Source: Candidatus Woesearchaeota archaeon
Lineage (GTDB): Archaea; Nanobdellota; Nanobdellia; Woesearchaeales; JAAOYA01
DNA length: 64,000 bases
Direction of reading: 5' to 3'
Assembly: GCA_018221105.1 (NCBI GenBank)
Contig: JAAOYA010000005.1
Span: forward strand, 1 to 64,000
Part shown: piece by piece, positions 20,166 to 30,473 of the stretch
Position numbering within the stretch: position 1 is the first letter of the stretch
How the letters are laid out: the number at the start of each line of letters is the position of its first letter
Notes under the pieces: generated by a model
Databases searched by the model: none
What the model saw: the letters and a program-made list of their open reading frames with translations, nothing else
Told to the model about the DNA's origin: nothing
Made by a program: the position numbers and the translations under genes

Positions 20166-22475
20166 TTATTCGAATAAACTATCAGTCTTTTTTGCACGAC
20201 GATGCTTTTTTAGCTCGTGCTCTAACCACTCATCCCACACTTCAAAAATTTTTTGGCTATCAAGTTTTTTATGTGTTTTTTTTACTTGATCACTAAACAA
20301 GTGAAACATGTCATTGCACTTTATGACAAATTGTGCTTCTAAAATTTCAGGATCTTTTTCTTTTTTGCTAGCCTCAACTATTGCTTCTTTAATTTTAGCG
20401 CGCAATTCAATATTTTTCCATACTGCATCCCAATCACCTGCAAATTCTTTAATGTTGCCGGCGACAGCTTTAATGATTTCACTATCACCATCTATTAAAT
20501 TACTCGTTGGCTCTATAACATCTTTTTTTGAATCATACTTCATCAAATCAATAAAAGCCCCTTCGAGCAGTGGATCGTCACTCCACTGTTTTCTAACTTC
20601 AGTTATTTGTGTAACCCTACGATTACGACTAAGCCCATCGGCAGAGCGAACAGGATTGGCAACTATTATTATGTCTGTTGCTTTAAAGCTTGTTTTTGGA
20701 ACTCCAATATCATTGACTACCCTGTCAAAAACTCCATACGGGCTATCACCATGAATTGTTCCTGCAACAACATTTGCTGCAGCTCCAACACGCATCGCTT
20801 CATACAATGCTTTTGCTTCATCACTTCTAACCTCTCCAATTATCAAAGATGAATCGCCAAGTCGCAAAGTGCTCCTAATGCCAATACTGGCGTTTACTTC
20901 ACTACTACTAGAACCTAAAGCGCTAGCAACACGCATTGATTGTATGTTATAACCTAATTTTCTCATACTAGCAGTTGGTAATTCTAGCGTGTCCTCAATT
21001 GTTATAACACGATAACGACGCATTAATTCTATCATCAAAGCAGACAAAAGTGATGATTTTCCACTGCTGCGAGTTCCAGCAATTATAATAGTTCTATTGC
21101 CATCAACTAAAAAACTGATCAGGCCAGCAGCCAAAGGCGATAACATTCCAAATTTAATAAAAAGTGGCAGTGTCCAAGGCCTATCACGGTGACGTCTAAA
21201 ACTAAAAGCTAGACCGCTAGGATTTAACGGTTCACTGATAGCTGACACTCTAGCATTAGCCCCTGGCAGTTGCAGTTCAGTATCAAGTATTGGGTTAGCT
21301 TCATCTAATGGCCTGCCACTGATAAGGCGCAGTTTTGAAGCCCAACTTTCTGTCTCAGTCCGTGTTGGAACGATATTAGTGTAACAGTCGCCAAAATCTT
21401 GGTGTACGATAAATATGGGTGTCTGACCTGGCGGGCTGTTAACACTAATATCTTGAATTCTATCATCTTGCAATAACACTTCAACAAGTCCAAAACCAAC
21501 AGTGTATCGCACTAAAATATTTGTTAATAAATCAATTTTTTTTCGACCTAAGTTATAACCTTTGTACTCTACGAGTTCTGTTATCAGATCATTGCCAACA
21601 TTGTAAAAAACTTCTCTCATTCGCTCAGGATCTACAAAGTCGGAGCGTTTTGGCTTGTGCTCTGCCAAAATTTTTCTTGCCATATCCAAAATCTCGTATT
21701 CTTCTTCTTCAAGCCTAAACTCTGGGGGAACTAAATGATACAAGTATTGTACAGTATCATCAAATTTGAAAATTGTGACTTCAGTCTCGCCAAGCTTATA
21801 ATGCTCTAATTCTTGGCCATTACTAGGGTACTGCGCCATTAACTTGGTAAACATGAAATCTGGCTTTATAGTAGGCTGAAACAAATTACGGTAAACTTCG
21901 CGATCACCAACATGATAACCTGCAAGGTAAGGTTTTGCAATTGTTATCAATTTTGTTTTATCAAGCTGATCTATTAAATAAATCAATAGTGCAGAAAACT
22001 TTTTTGAGCAGTCAACAAGCTCACCTGGCAAAACTTTTGTTGCTGCAATATTTTCATCACGCAAAAACCTTTTTAATTCTACAAAAGCACCAATAGGATC
22101 ACTTTTTAACATGTTATAAACAAGATTTTGCAATTGAGCATATTTTGGCTCTAAATAATTAGCGCAAGAGTCACCAGCAAAACGTTTATACTCTAAAATT
22201 TTCTCTTTTAATGCTTGATTGTAAACTTTTGCTATTTCAACAACAAGTTGTGTTTGTGCGAAATCATACTCGAAATCTCGCTTTTGTGAGAAAACAATTT
22301 TTGTAATGTTAGGACTTTCTGCAAGCTTGTCAATAGTTCTAGCCATGCAAATAGGACTGTCTTCTAGCGAAGGCGCAAAAGGGCAATGTTCACAATTAGC
22401 TTTTAGGACATTGTCTTCGCCTTCACGTACAATAGTGTAATCGCACACCCCTTTTACTTGCATACCACCCATCAT
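20166..22475 (-). CDS. Type II/IV secretion ATPase (TadA/ArlI/VirB11 family) with long N-terminal extension
   Basis: GTRSSGKSS Walker A, ITIEDTLEL Asp box, IIGEVRSDEA, GTIHGDS His box. Confidence 0.9.
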   Translation of the reverse strand: MMGGMQVKGVCDYTIVREGEDNVLKANCEHCPFAPSLEDSPICMARTIDKLAESPNITKIVFSQKRDFEYDFAQTQLVVEIAKVYNQALKEKILEYKRFAGDSCANYLEPKYAQLQNLVYNMLKSDPIGAFVELKRFLRDENIAATKVLPGELVDCSKKFSALLIYLIDQLDKTKLITIAKPYLAGYHVGDREVYRNLFQPTIKPDFMFTKLMAQYPSNGQELEHYKLGETEVTIFKFDDTVQYLYHLVPPEFRLEEEEYEILDMARKILAEHKPKRSDFVDPERMREVFYNVGNDLITELVEYKGYNLGRKKIDLLTNILVRYTVGFGLVEVLLQDDRIQDISVNSPPGQTPIFIVHQDFGDCYTNIVPTRTETESWASKLRLISGRPLDEANPILDTELQLPGANARVSAISEPLNPSGLAFSFRRHRDRPWTLPLFIKFGMLSPLAAGLISFLVDGNRTIIIAGTRSSGKSSLLSALMIELMRRYRVITIEDTLELPTASMRKLGYNIQSMRVASALGSSSSEVNASIGIRSTLRLGDSSLIIGEVRSDEAKALYEAMRVGAAANVVAGTIHGDSPYGVFDRVVNDIGVPKTSFKATDIIIVANPVRSADGLSRNRRVTQITEVRKQWSDDPLLEGAFIDLMKYDSKKDVIEPTSNLIDGDSEIIKAVAGNIKEFAGDWDAVWKNIELRAKIKEAIVEASKKEKDPEILEAQFVIKCNDMFHLFSDQVKKTHKKLDSQKIFEVWDEWLEHELKKHRRAKKTDSLFE

Positions 22476-22551
22476 TTTAATGCAAAATTATTTATAGAAC
22501 AATAAGAATTATGGGTGTATATAAAACTTATGCAATAATAAGAGTTTAAAA

Positions 22552-22983
22552 GTGGTGAGCGCAAACACACAAAAAAATTCAAATGTGCAACAACAAAAAG
22601 GAGTTGGCACTTACGGCGTAGCAATTGATGATTTACACGCACAATTTAATAGTTTTAATAGGCGCCTAAGAATGCTTGAAGAACGTTTTAGTTCAACGCG
22701 CCAAAAACTACAAGTTATTGAAGAAAACATGATATCAAACGCTCGCTCAAATTCAAGCGAGGTCAGCACTTTAGTTGAAGAAATCAGAGAATTGCGCTTA
22801 GATATGAGCGATGTTAAAGACAAATTCAAACTTATGGCAACAGAATTCGTCTCAACTGCAAAAAAAGAAGATTTTCAAGTATTAAAAAAATATGTTGAAT
22901 TGTGGGAGCCTATAAATTTTGTCACAAGACAAGAAGTACAAAGAATAGTAAAACAAATACTATCAGAAAAAGAAAAACTTTAA
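22552..22983 (+). CDS. Hypothetical coiled-coil protein
   Basis: Heptad pattern; divergent from the ATPase. Confidence 0.7.
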   Translation: MVSANTQKNSNVQQQKGVGTYGVAIDDLHAQFNSFNRRLRMLEERFSSTRQKLQVIEENMISNARSNSSEVSTLVEEIRELRLDMSDVKDKFKLMATEFVSTAKKEDFQVLKKYVELWEPINFVTRQEVQRIVKQILSEKEKL

Positions 22984-23007
22984 ATAAGCTTCAAACTCCA
23001 ATGTTTT

Positions 23008-23658
23008 ATGGAGTTTTTAGAAAAACTTGGCATTAAAAAAACTCAAAACACAACACAACAACCAAGTGCGTCAGTTGTTGACCAAGTGCTTCAAATGCGC
23101 TCGCAAGGGCTAAGTGACAATCAAATAATTCAAAACCTTCAACGCTCAGGCGTTGACCAAACAAGCATTTATAATGCTTTTAACCTTGCAGATATAAAAA
23201 AAGGAGTCACTAGCACTCCACTACCAGGTGAAACCATGACTGATCAACCACCACCACTTCCAAGTTTTGAAGGCCCGCCAAAACCACAAGAATTTTCGCC
23301 AACTCCAACTATGGGTTCTGAAAGTATTAGCATGCGAGAGCACGTTAGTGAAGTTGCAGAAGCCATTATTGAAGAAAAATGGAACGAGTTAGTGAATAGT
23401 GTTGGCAAAATTGCAGAGTGGAAGGATCGTGTTGAAGGACGTGTTCAACGTTTAGAAGATAATTTTGTAATCTTAAAAGCTGATTTTGATAAATTACACC
23501 AAGCATTACTCGCAAAAATTAATGATTATGATGAGAGCGTCAAAGAAGTCGGCTCTAATATTAAGGCAATGGAGAAAGTTTTTACTAAGGTTTTGCCAAC
23601 ACTAACAGATAATGTTAGTGAATTATCGCGTATTACTGATAACATGAAAAAACCATAA
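23008..23658 (+). CDS. Hypothetical protein: small helical N-domain, Pro-rich linker, coiled coil
   Basis: MRSQGLSDNQIIQNLQRSG, PPPLP linker, heptads; TATA-like TTTAAATA about 25 nt upstream. Confidence 0.75.
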   Translation: MEFLEKLGIKKTQNTTQQPSASVVDQVLQMRSQGLSDNQIIQNLQRSGVDQTSIYNAFNLADIKKGVTSTPLPGETMTDQPPPLPSFEGPPKPQEFSPTPTMGSESISMREHVSEVAEAIIEEKWNELVNSVGKIAEWKDRVEGRVQRLEDNFVILKADFDKLHQALLAKINDYDESVKEVGSNIKAMEKVFTKVLPTLTDNVSELSRITDNMKKP

Positions 23659-23670
23659 AAGAATATTTTT

Positions 23671-24246
23671 TTATTCTCTTGCTATAAATTTTATTGTTAG
23701 TGCAGCAATCAAAAAAATCAGTATTGCGCCCAAGACTTTAGGGTGGAAAAGTGTTGCAAACAAAGCGCTTGTTCCTTGTCCGCCAACAGCACCGTCATCA
23801 ACACCATTTTCAATGCTTGCTTGCTCCACAGCACCTTCAACACTTATTGCTTCTTGTCCTGTAAAAAAGACTTTTCCTAAAACTCCCAAAAATATTAACA
23901 CGCTGATAATGATTATCCAATAAAGTAGTACTTGACCGTTAGATCCAACCACTGGACTTTTGATGTTTTCTTCTGTCGCTCCAAACATCATCAAAAGCAA
24001 TATTACTAGTAAAGCAAAAATAAATATCAGTGTAAACCATGGGACTAACAATGCTACAACTTCGCTCATGTTTGGAACAGCAACCACCATGATGCCAGCA
24101 GTAAAAGCTATCATAGCATTTACTGATGGGTGATCGCTTGGAAATTTCGTCTTTGTTAAAATAGCGTAAACTATTGTCCAAACGAACAAGAATACCATCA
24201 GCCCATTAAGAGCTCCAAATAAACTAAAATCAAGGATTGACGCCAT
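23671..24246 (-). CDS. Membrane protein, paralogue 3 of a tandem triplet
   Basis: VFLFVWTIVYAILTKTKF motif shared with the two adjacent genes. Confidence 0.75.
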   Translation of the reverse strand: MASILDFSLFGALNGLMVFLFVWTIVYAILTKTKFPSDHPSVNAMIAFTAGIMVVAVPNMSEVVALLVPWFTLIFIFALLVILLLMMFGATEENIKSPVVGSNGQVLLYWIIIISVLIFLGVLGKVFFTGQEAISVEGAVEQASIENGVDDGAVGGQGTSALFATLFHPKVLGAILIFLIAALTIKFIARE

Positions 24247-24263
24247 TTTTTATAAGTGTGGTT

Positions 24264-24896
24264 TTAAGGATATTTTCTTCTAAAAAATTCTCTCGCTCTG
24301 GATCCAGGAGGAGGATAATCTTTAGGTTCATGATAATGTCTTTTTCCATGCTCATCAATTTCTCGGAGGTATTTTTCAGAAGAATCTTTTGTGACAAACC
24401 ACACAATAAGTCCAAACACTAAAATTATTATTAGTGCTGCTTGCGTTGCAGGGTCTTTACTAAAGCTAAGCCATCTTGGTAATCTATCGCCGAACCATCC
24501 TGCTGAAACTCCAAAAATATAAACAATAATGCCTACTGCTGCTAAGACCCACCAAGAACCCCAAGTTCCAAGATTAGCATCAAGCTCAAATCCTATAATG
24601 CCTACCATTATCAATAACATTACTATTGCGACTAAAACTACTGAAACGCTTGGCAGTGCAGTGTTGATAATATCTACTACGTCTTTTCCTCTTGGATAAC
24701 TGTTTGTAACGTGAGGAATAATGACTGCTAATGCCATAACTAATGCTATAACAATTTGTGATTTTTTATCTTCTCTAAAAATTTGTACTTTTTTTAGCAC
24801 AACAAATACTATTGTAAATATAAGCATAAATGGAATGATAATATCTGTTAACCCCCAATTAATGAGTGTGTTCAATCCTTGTTCTAAAAATGCCAT
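24264..24896 (-). CDS. Membrane protein, paralogue 2 of a tandem triplet
   Basis: GLTDIIIPFMLIFTIVFVVLKKVQIF; GGAGG RBS. Confidence 0.75.
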   Translation of the reverse strand: MAFLEQGLNTLINWGLTDIIIPFMLIFTIVFVVLKKVQIFREDKKSQIVIALVMALAVIIPHVTNSYPRGKDVVDIINTALPSVSVVLVAIVMLLIMVGIIGFELDANLGTWGSWWVLAAVGIIVYIFGVSAGWFGDRLPRWLSFSKDPATQAALIIILVFGLIVWFVTKDSSEKYLREIDEHGKRHYHEPKDYPPPGSRAREFFRRKYP

Positions 24897-24914
24897 TTTT
24901 TTATTCCTCCTTTA

Positions 24915-25493
24915 TTATGAGTTATCTTCTCCTTCTGGTTTTGTTTCTTTGTGATCTTTTTTATCGAATGATCCTGTGATCCACATCATAAACAAAATGA
25001 TTAATGCAACAAATACTATTGCTCCAAACCATTGTGCTTGAAAGTTCTGCATTACAAAATTGTATATTAATGTTAAATAGCCTAACTGGTTTAAAAAGAT
25101 TGCTAAAACTGATACTGCTGCAATGGCTATGAAGACGTGTTTCCACATTCCTGCTTTTTCAATGTCGAATTCGTCTTTGCCTGAGTACATTGCTCCTACA
25201 GCCATCAAAAAGGTAACAATAAGCAATAATAATAGTACAAAGTTTGCAAGTGCTGCTGAAATTATAGCGACTAGTTTTGTGCTTGCCACGACAAAGAATG
25301 CCATTACAAAGGCAGTTATTGAATTAAGATTCTTTTTCGGGTAGTCAGTACCGTCAATTCTTTCTGTTCCGAAAATTTTTGTTTTTTCAAGTATTGCGTA
25401 CACAACAGTGAAAACCAACAAGAACGGCAGTACTACGTCGTAAATCCCTAATTTATCTAAAAATCCTATCACGCCACGAAACATTGATACCAT
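24915..25493 (-). CDS. Membrane protein, paralogue 1 of a tandem triplet
   Basis: GIYDVVLPFLLVFTVVYAILEKTKIFG; ATG 25493 avoids overlap with the divergent gene. Confidence 0.75.
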   Translation of the reverse strand: MVSMFRGVIGFLDKLGIYDVVLPFLLVFTVVYAILEKTKIFGTERIDGTDYPKKNLNSITAFVMAFFVVASTKLVAIISAALANFVLLLLLIVTFLMAVGAMYSGKDEFDIEKAGMWKHVFIAIAAVSVLAIFLNQLGYLTLIYNFVMQNFQAQWFGAIVFVALIILFMMWITGSFDKKDHKETKPEGEDNS

Positions 25494-25578
25494 AGACAAA
25501 AAATGTCCTTTGAACGTATATAAAGTTTTCGAATAAAAACAATAGTTTTTAATAAATTGCAAGAAAACATCACTTAAT

Positions 25579-26151
25579 ATGGTAGATGTTAAAGAATTTA
25601 GGGCAATGCAACAAGAAATTGCTGCAAATGATGCTAAAAGAGAGCAATTAATCAAGGATTCTCGCGATGTTGTTGTGCTTTCAAAAAAAATTATTTATTC
25701 AACTCATCGCTCTGACATGACCAACGCTAAAAAATTCATTGTTAACATTAAAAAAAACATTGCAAGCCTGAAAAAACAAGCTGTGAAAACTGATGGTTTA
25801 AAAAATGTTGGCGCTTACAAAGTAGCACTGCAAGAGTATGTTGAAGCAATAGCTTTTTATGAGTACGTAAAAAATGGCACTCTTACAAACAAAATTAGTT
25901 TAGGTGTTGACACTGAAAGTTATTTACTGGGCATTTGTGACTTAGTAGGAGAACTAACACGTTACGCCGTCAATAGCATCACGCGAAAAGACTTGGACAC
26001 GCCAAAAAAAGTTCTTGATTTTGTGCAAACAATTTATGGTTTAATGATGGAATTTGACTTTCGCAATTCAGAGCTTAGGAAAAAATTTGATTCTATAAAG
26101 TACAATCTTAAAAAGCTTGAAGAAATAAATTATGATATTAGTATTAGGTGA
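25579..26151 (+). CDS. Translin/TRAX-family protein
   Basis: KREQLIKDSRD, QEYVEA, YLLGICDLVGELTR, LRKKFD. Confidence 0.85.
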   Translation: MVDVKEFRAMQQEIAANDAKREQLIKDSRDVVVLSKKIIYSTHRSDMTNAKKFIVNIKKNIASLKKQAVKTDGLKNVGAYKVALQEYVEAIAFYEYVKNGTLTNKISLGVDTESYLLGICDLVGELTRYAVNSITRKDLDTPKKVLDFVQTIYGLMMEFDFRNSELRKKFDSIKYNLKKLEEINYDISIR

Positions 26152-26155
26152 TACT

Positions 26156-26809
26156 ATGCAAGGTTTAGAAAATGTTAATTGGCTTGGCCATGCAGGCTTT
26201 AAACTAACTCTTGGCAGTAAATTATTGTTTATTGACCCGTACCAAATTGAAACCGATGAGAAAGCTGACATTTTGCTCATCACACACTCACACTATGATC
26301 ATTACAGTATTTCAGATATTCAAAAAATTGTAAAAGATGATACTATAATTTTCATGCCAGCAGATTGCACAAGTAAACTTTCTGGCAAAGTTGGCGGTGG
26401 CAGGACACAACTTGTAGAGCCGAACAAAGAATACTCAGTTGATGATATAAAAATTAAAACTGTTGCAGCTTATAATTCTAATAAAAGTTTTCACCCAAAA
26501 GACAACGCGTGGGTAGGCTACATAATAGAGTTTGATGGCAGTCGATACTATCACGCAGGAGACAGTGATGTGATACCTGAAATTGCACACTTGCAAAACC
26601 TGACTGTTGCATTTTTGCCAGTTAGCGGCACCTACACCATGGATGCAAAAGAAGCAGCAACACTAGCACTGCACTTAAAGCCAAAAATTGCCATTCCAAT
26701 GCACTTTGGCAGTGTTGTAGGCGATGAGAGTGACGCAAAAGCTTTCAAAAATGTTGTAGAGCGAAGTGGCAATCAAACAACAGTAATAATACCACAAAAA
26801 AACAGTTAA
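26156..26809 (+). CDS. Metallo-beta-lactamase-fold hydrolase (UPF0173-like)
   Basis: WLGHAGF, IDPY, THSHYDH, YHAGD, IPMHFG; AGGTGA RBS. Confidence 0.88.
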   Translation: MQGLENVNWLGHAGFKLTLGSKLLFIDPYQIETDEKADILLITHSHYDHYSISDIQKIVKDDTIIFMPADCTSKLSGKVGGGRTQLVEPNKEYSVDDIKIKTVAAYNSNKSFHPKDNAWVGYIIEFDGSRYYHAGDSDVIPEIAHLQNLTVAFLPVSGTYTMDAKEAATLALHLKPKIAIPMHFGSVVGDESDAKAFKNVVERSGNQTTVIIPQKNS

Positions 26810-26857
26810 TTCTCACGAGTAAAGCTTTTAAATAAGTGTTAACCAACACTAATTACT

Positions 26858-28627
26858 ATGATGCGAACACACACTTGCGCACAAGCAACAACAAAACTTA
26901 GTGGCAAAAAAGTAACACTCGCCGGGTGGGTACACTCGCGCAGAGACCACGGAGGAGTAATATTTATTGACCTGCGCGACCGCTATGGGATAACACAAAT
27001 AGTTTTTGAGCCAAAACACGGAAAAAAAGTTCATTCTCAAAGCGAAAGCCTGCGCCGTGAATTCGTAATACAAGTCACTGGGGTTGTTCGAGCTCGCAAA
27101 AAAGGCATGGAAAATCCGAAATTACAAACAGGCCAAGTAGAACTATTAGTTGACGAATTAAACATTTTAAACACAAGCGAGGTAGTACCTATTGAAATTG
27201 ATGACAGAAAAGTCGCAAACGAGGATATGAGATTAAAATACCGTTATCTTGACCTGCGACGCCCACAAATGCATTATAATCTTATAACACGTCATAAAAT
27301 CATACAATCAGCCAGAGAATACTTTTACAAAAACGGTTTTATAGAAGTTGAAACCCCAATGCTTGCAAAAAGCACACCTGAGGGAGCACGCGATTACCTA
27401 GTTCCAAGCCGTGTGCAACAAGGAAAGTTTTTTGCACTGCCACAATCACCACAACTATTTAAGCAATTATTAATGGTTGCAGGGATGGACCGTTACGTTC
27501 AAATAGTCAAGTGTTTTCGTGATGAAGACCTCAGGGCTGACCGCCAACCAGAATTCACACAAATCGATTTAGAAATGAGTTTTGTAGACGAAAACGACAT
27601 TTATTCTATTATGGAAGGCATGATAGTGAAAATTTGGAAAGAAGTTCTAGGCATTAACATTAAAACTCCTTTTAATCGTATTAGTTATCAAGAATCACTC
27701 AACCGTTTTGGCACTGACAGGCCAGACACTCGATTCGGCCTAGAATTAATTGACATAACACAAATGAGCGCAAAATGCGATTTTAGTGTTTTCAAAAACG
27801 CTGCAATTGAAGGTGGATTAGTAAAATGCTTAAACACTGTAGGCGGCGCAGGTTTTTCAAGAAAAGACATTGATGAACTAACAGAACTCGCACGTATTTA
27901 TGGCGCTAAAGGACTAGCATGGGCTAAAATGACTGACAAACTTGAGGGTACTGTTGCAAAGTTTTTATCAGAAGAGCAACAAAATAGTATAATAAAAATA
28001 ACAAACGCGAAAAAAGGCGACATAATATTTTTTGTAGCAGACAAAAACGAGCAAGTAGTCAATGACGCGTTAGCAAATTTAAGACTAGAAATTGCAAAAC
28101 GCCAAAACCTCATAGATGATAACAAGTTTGAATTCTTATGGGTTGTTGACTTTCCACTAGTTGGTTGGGAGGAAGAAGAACAACGCTTCATGGCATTGCA
28201 CCATCCTTTTACCAGCCCAAAAGATGACCACATCAATCTTATGCACTCAGACCCGAAAAAAGTTTTAGCAAAAGCCTATGACATGGTATTAAACGGCACT
28301 GAAATTGGCGGTGGCAGTATCAGAATTCACAAACGAGAAATTCAACAAAAAATGTTTGAACTATTAGGAATCACTCCCGATGAAGCACAAGCAAAGTTTG
28401 GCTTTTTGCTTGACGCTTTCAAATACGGAGCTCCGCCACACGGCGGCATAGCCTTTGGCCTTGACCGCTTAGCAGCCATCATAACAAAAAATGATAGTAT
28501 TCGAGAAGTAATAGCATTTCCAAAAAATAAGACTGCTATGAGTTTAATGGACGGGGCTCCGAATGTTGTCGATGATAAACAACTTAAAGAATTACACTTA
28601 AAACTTGATTTTGTCAAGAAAAAATAA
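26858..28627 (+). CDS. aspS: Aspartate--tRNA ligase, bacterial type with GAD insert, probably non-discriminating
   Basis: MRTHTC, RRDHGGVIFIDLRD, TPEGARDYLVPSR, CFRDEDLRADRQPEFTQID, HHPFTSP, GAPPHGGIAFGLDR; 589 aa. Confidence 0.95.
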   Translation: MMRTHTCAQATTKLSGKKVTLAGWVHSRRDHGGVIFIDLRDRYGITQIVFEPKHGKKVHSQSESLRREFVIQVTGVVRARKKGMENPKLQTGQVELLVDELNILNTSEVVPIEIDDRKVANEDMRLKYRYLDLRRPQMHYNLITRHKIIQSAREYFYKNGFIEVETPMLAKSTPEGARDYLVPSRVQQGKFFALPQSPQLFKQLLMVAGMDRYVQIVKCFRDEDLRADRQPEFTQIDLEMSFVDENDIYSIMEGMIVKIWKEVLGINIKTPFNRISYQESLNRFGTDRPDTRFGLELIDITQMSAKCDFSVFKNAAIEGGLVKCLNTVGGAGFSRKDIDELTELARIYGAKGLAWAKMTDKLEGTVAKFLSEEQQNSIIKITNAKKGDIIFFVADKNEQVVNDALANLRLEIAKRQNLIDDNKFEFLWVVDFPLVGWEEEEQRFMALHHPFTSPKDDHINLMHSDPKKVLAKAYDMVLNGTEIGGGSIRIHKREIQQKMFELLGITPDEAQAKFGFLLDAFKYGAPPHGGIAFGLDRLAAIITKNDSIREVIAFPKNKTAMSLMDGAPNVVDDKQLKELHLKLDFVKKK

Positions 28628-28633
28628 TTTGTT

Positions 28634-28939
28634 TTATTGTTTGTTAAATAACTCGTCAAATTTTTCTTTGCACCTGTTTTCTTTCCAGTACACAACATGA
28701 CTTGCGCGCTTTTCAAAAAGTGCTAACACCAAAGTTATCATATCACTTTGAAAATCTTTGAGTCCTTTGTCACTAATAATTTTTTTTGCGTCACTAACGC
28801 ACTCTTTTAACAATTCAAGGTTTGTCTCGTGCGCAACTTCTTCTATTTTTTTCTCTTCATCATCTGTTAAAAATATTTCTTCCCAACGCGGATAATTACT
28901 ACCTTCAATATTGCGCGGAAAACTTTTGCTAAAAGCCAT
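28634..28939 (-). CDS. Hypothetical protein
   Basis: Clean 101-aa ORF downstream of the HerA-like gene. Confidence 0.7.
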   Translation of the reverse strand: MAFSKSFPRNIEGSNYPRWEEIFLTDDEEKKIEEVAHETNLELLKECVSDAKKIISDKGLKDFQSDMITLVLALFEKRASHVVYWKENRCKEKFDELFNKQ

Positions 28940-28975
28940 AAAGAAACGTTTAGATTGTACTATTTATTAAGTTTA

Positions 28976-30319
28976 TTAATTTTTTTGATTTTCTTGTTCA
29001 AACTTGAAAATCTTTTTTTCGTGAGTTAGTGCCGTAGGACTTTCACCACCATGCCACGTGAATCGTGGTCGCACCCGCATTGGATACATTTTCTCATTAC
29101 TATCATCAAATATTAATGCTGCACCTTTAACGCGTGGCAGGTTATCAAGTTGTTCAACAAGTCCTTCGCGCATGTACGATTGCATCAACATTCCTAATGC
29201 TTCAACATCTGGTTTTGCAGTTATACGGTGCGCTATCACAGTGTCAGATTGTGTCATCACATCAGTGTGAATTTTGCCTGGTTGTTGTGTTGCAAGAACA
29301 AGACTTATTCCTGGTTGGCGTCCCTCTCGCAGGATAGTGACTAATGGTTCTGTCGCGAGTGTTTTGCCAGTTTTTGGCAAGAACTCGTGAGCTTCATCAA
29401 TTACAAGCCATACTAGTGGAAAACTTTGCTTTTTTGTTTTTTGTGCATCGCCAAAAAAGTGCGTGCTAGAATGTACTTGTTCGTACTCTTCGTTTTTTCT
29501 TGCTATCATTCGCTCAACAAACAATTTTTGACTGATTAATCCGACAACTAATGCTTTGATACCCCAACTGCCAGCAATTGTGGCGTAACAGCTCAAGTCT
29601 AATACTGTTACTTGTCCCCCGCGAGCGATGTCGCGCAGTGGCGTTGCATTATCGTCAAACAAACCCCAAGTTTTTGCATTGTCAAAACGATTTATTGCTG
29701 CATCTTTGACTTTTTGTGTTGTGTGATCATCAGTTTTTGTAGCTTTTAATATGTCGTCAATATTATAATCTTTAGAATTCTTTTTTAATTGGTTAATTAT
29801 TCTTGTGATAAAAACTCCTAACTCGTCATTTTCGTCAACTTCAAAAGTCATACACCAATCACGACCGTTTAACTCTGATGGTTTTATTGCAAAACCAAAA
29901 TCTGTTGGAATACCTTTTTCTTTGTATGCATTATGATAGCCTGTCGGAGTGTAAATTTGAACATCCAAACCTTTAGATTGTAATCCCCACTCGTCTAAAA
30001 GTAGCATGTCTTTTTGGTTGGCGTATTTCATAGTCCAATAAACGCCCATTGTATCAAGAAGTATTATTGAAACATTGTCTTTTATTTCTTGTGGCAGGTC
30101 GCTGACGCCCTCTGCTAAAACTCCCAAAGTATAACTTTTCCCGCTTCCGCGCTTGCCACACACAAAAATTACGTGTGAGCGGGCAACATCTAATAGCACA
30201 GGGTTTGCAAGGCTAGTGGTCTGACCCATTTTTACGTAGTGCTTGCCAAGAAATATTGTTCCAGCATCACCCTCTTTTTGTCGCTGGGCCTCTAAGCGTC
30301 CAACGATGATTTTATTCAT
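28976..30319 (-). CDS. HerA/FtsK-family (DUF87) ATPase
   Basis: GKRGSGKS, WLVIDEAHEFLP, LREGRQPGISLVLATQQP. Confidence 0.88.
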   Translation of the reverse strand: MNKIIVGRLEAQRQKEGDAGTIFLGKHYVKMGQTTSLANPVLLDVARSHVIFVCGKRGSGKSYTLGVLAEGVSDLPQEIKDNVSIILLDTMGVYWTMKYANQKDMLLLDEWGLQSKGLDVQIYTPTGYHNAYKEKGIPTDFGFAIKPSELNGRDWCMTFEVDENDELGVFITRIINQLKKNSKDYNIDDILKATKTDDHTTQKVKDAAINRFDNAKTWGLFDDNATPLRDIARGGQVTVLDLSCYATIAGSWGIKALVVGLISQKLFVERMIARKNEEYEQVHSSTHFFGDAQKTKKQSFPLVWLVIDEAHEFLPKTGKTLATEPLVTILREGRQPGISLVLATQQPGKIHTDVMTQSDTVIAHRITAKPDVEALGMLMQSYMREGLVEQLDNLPRVKGAALIFDDSNEKMYPMRVRPRFTWHGGESPTALTHEKKIFKFEQENQKN

Positions 30320-30473
30320 AATAAGTACTCTTGCTTTGGTGTTTTTATAATTATTGGAAAAATTTATATCCGTTGCAATGTTTTATTTGGGCTTGCAATC
30401 ACTTTTTGAGAGTGTGCCACCAGCATAGTTTTCGAAAACCTTATAAACGTAGAAAAGCCTTTTTTAATGTGTT

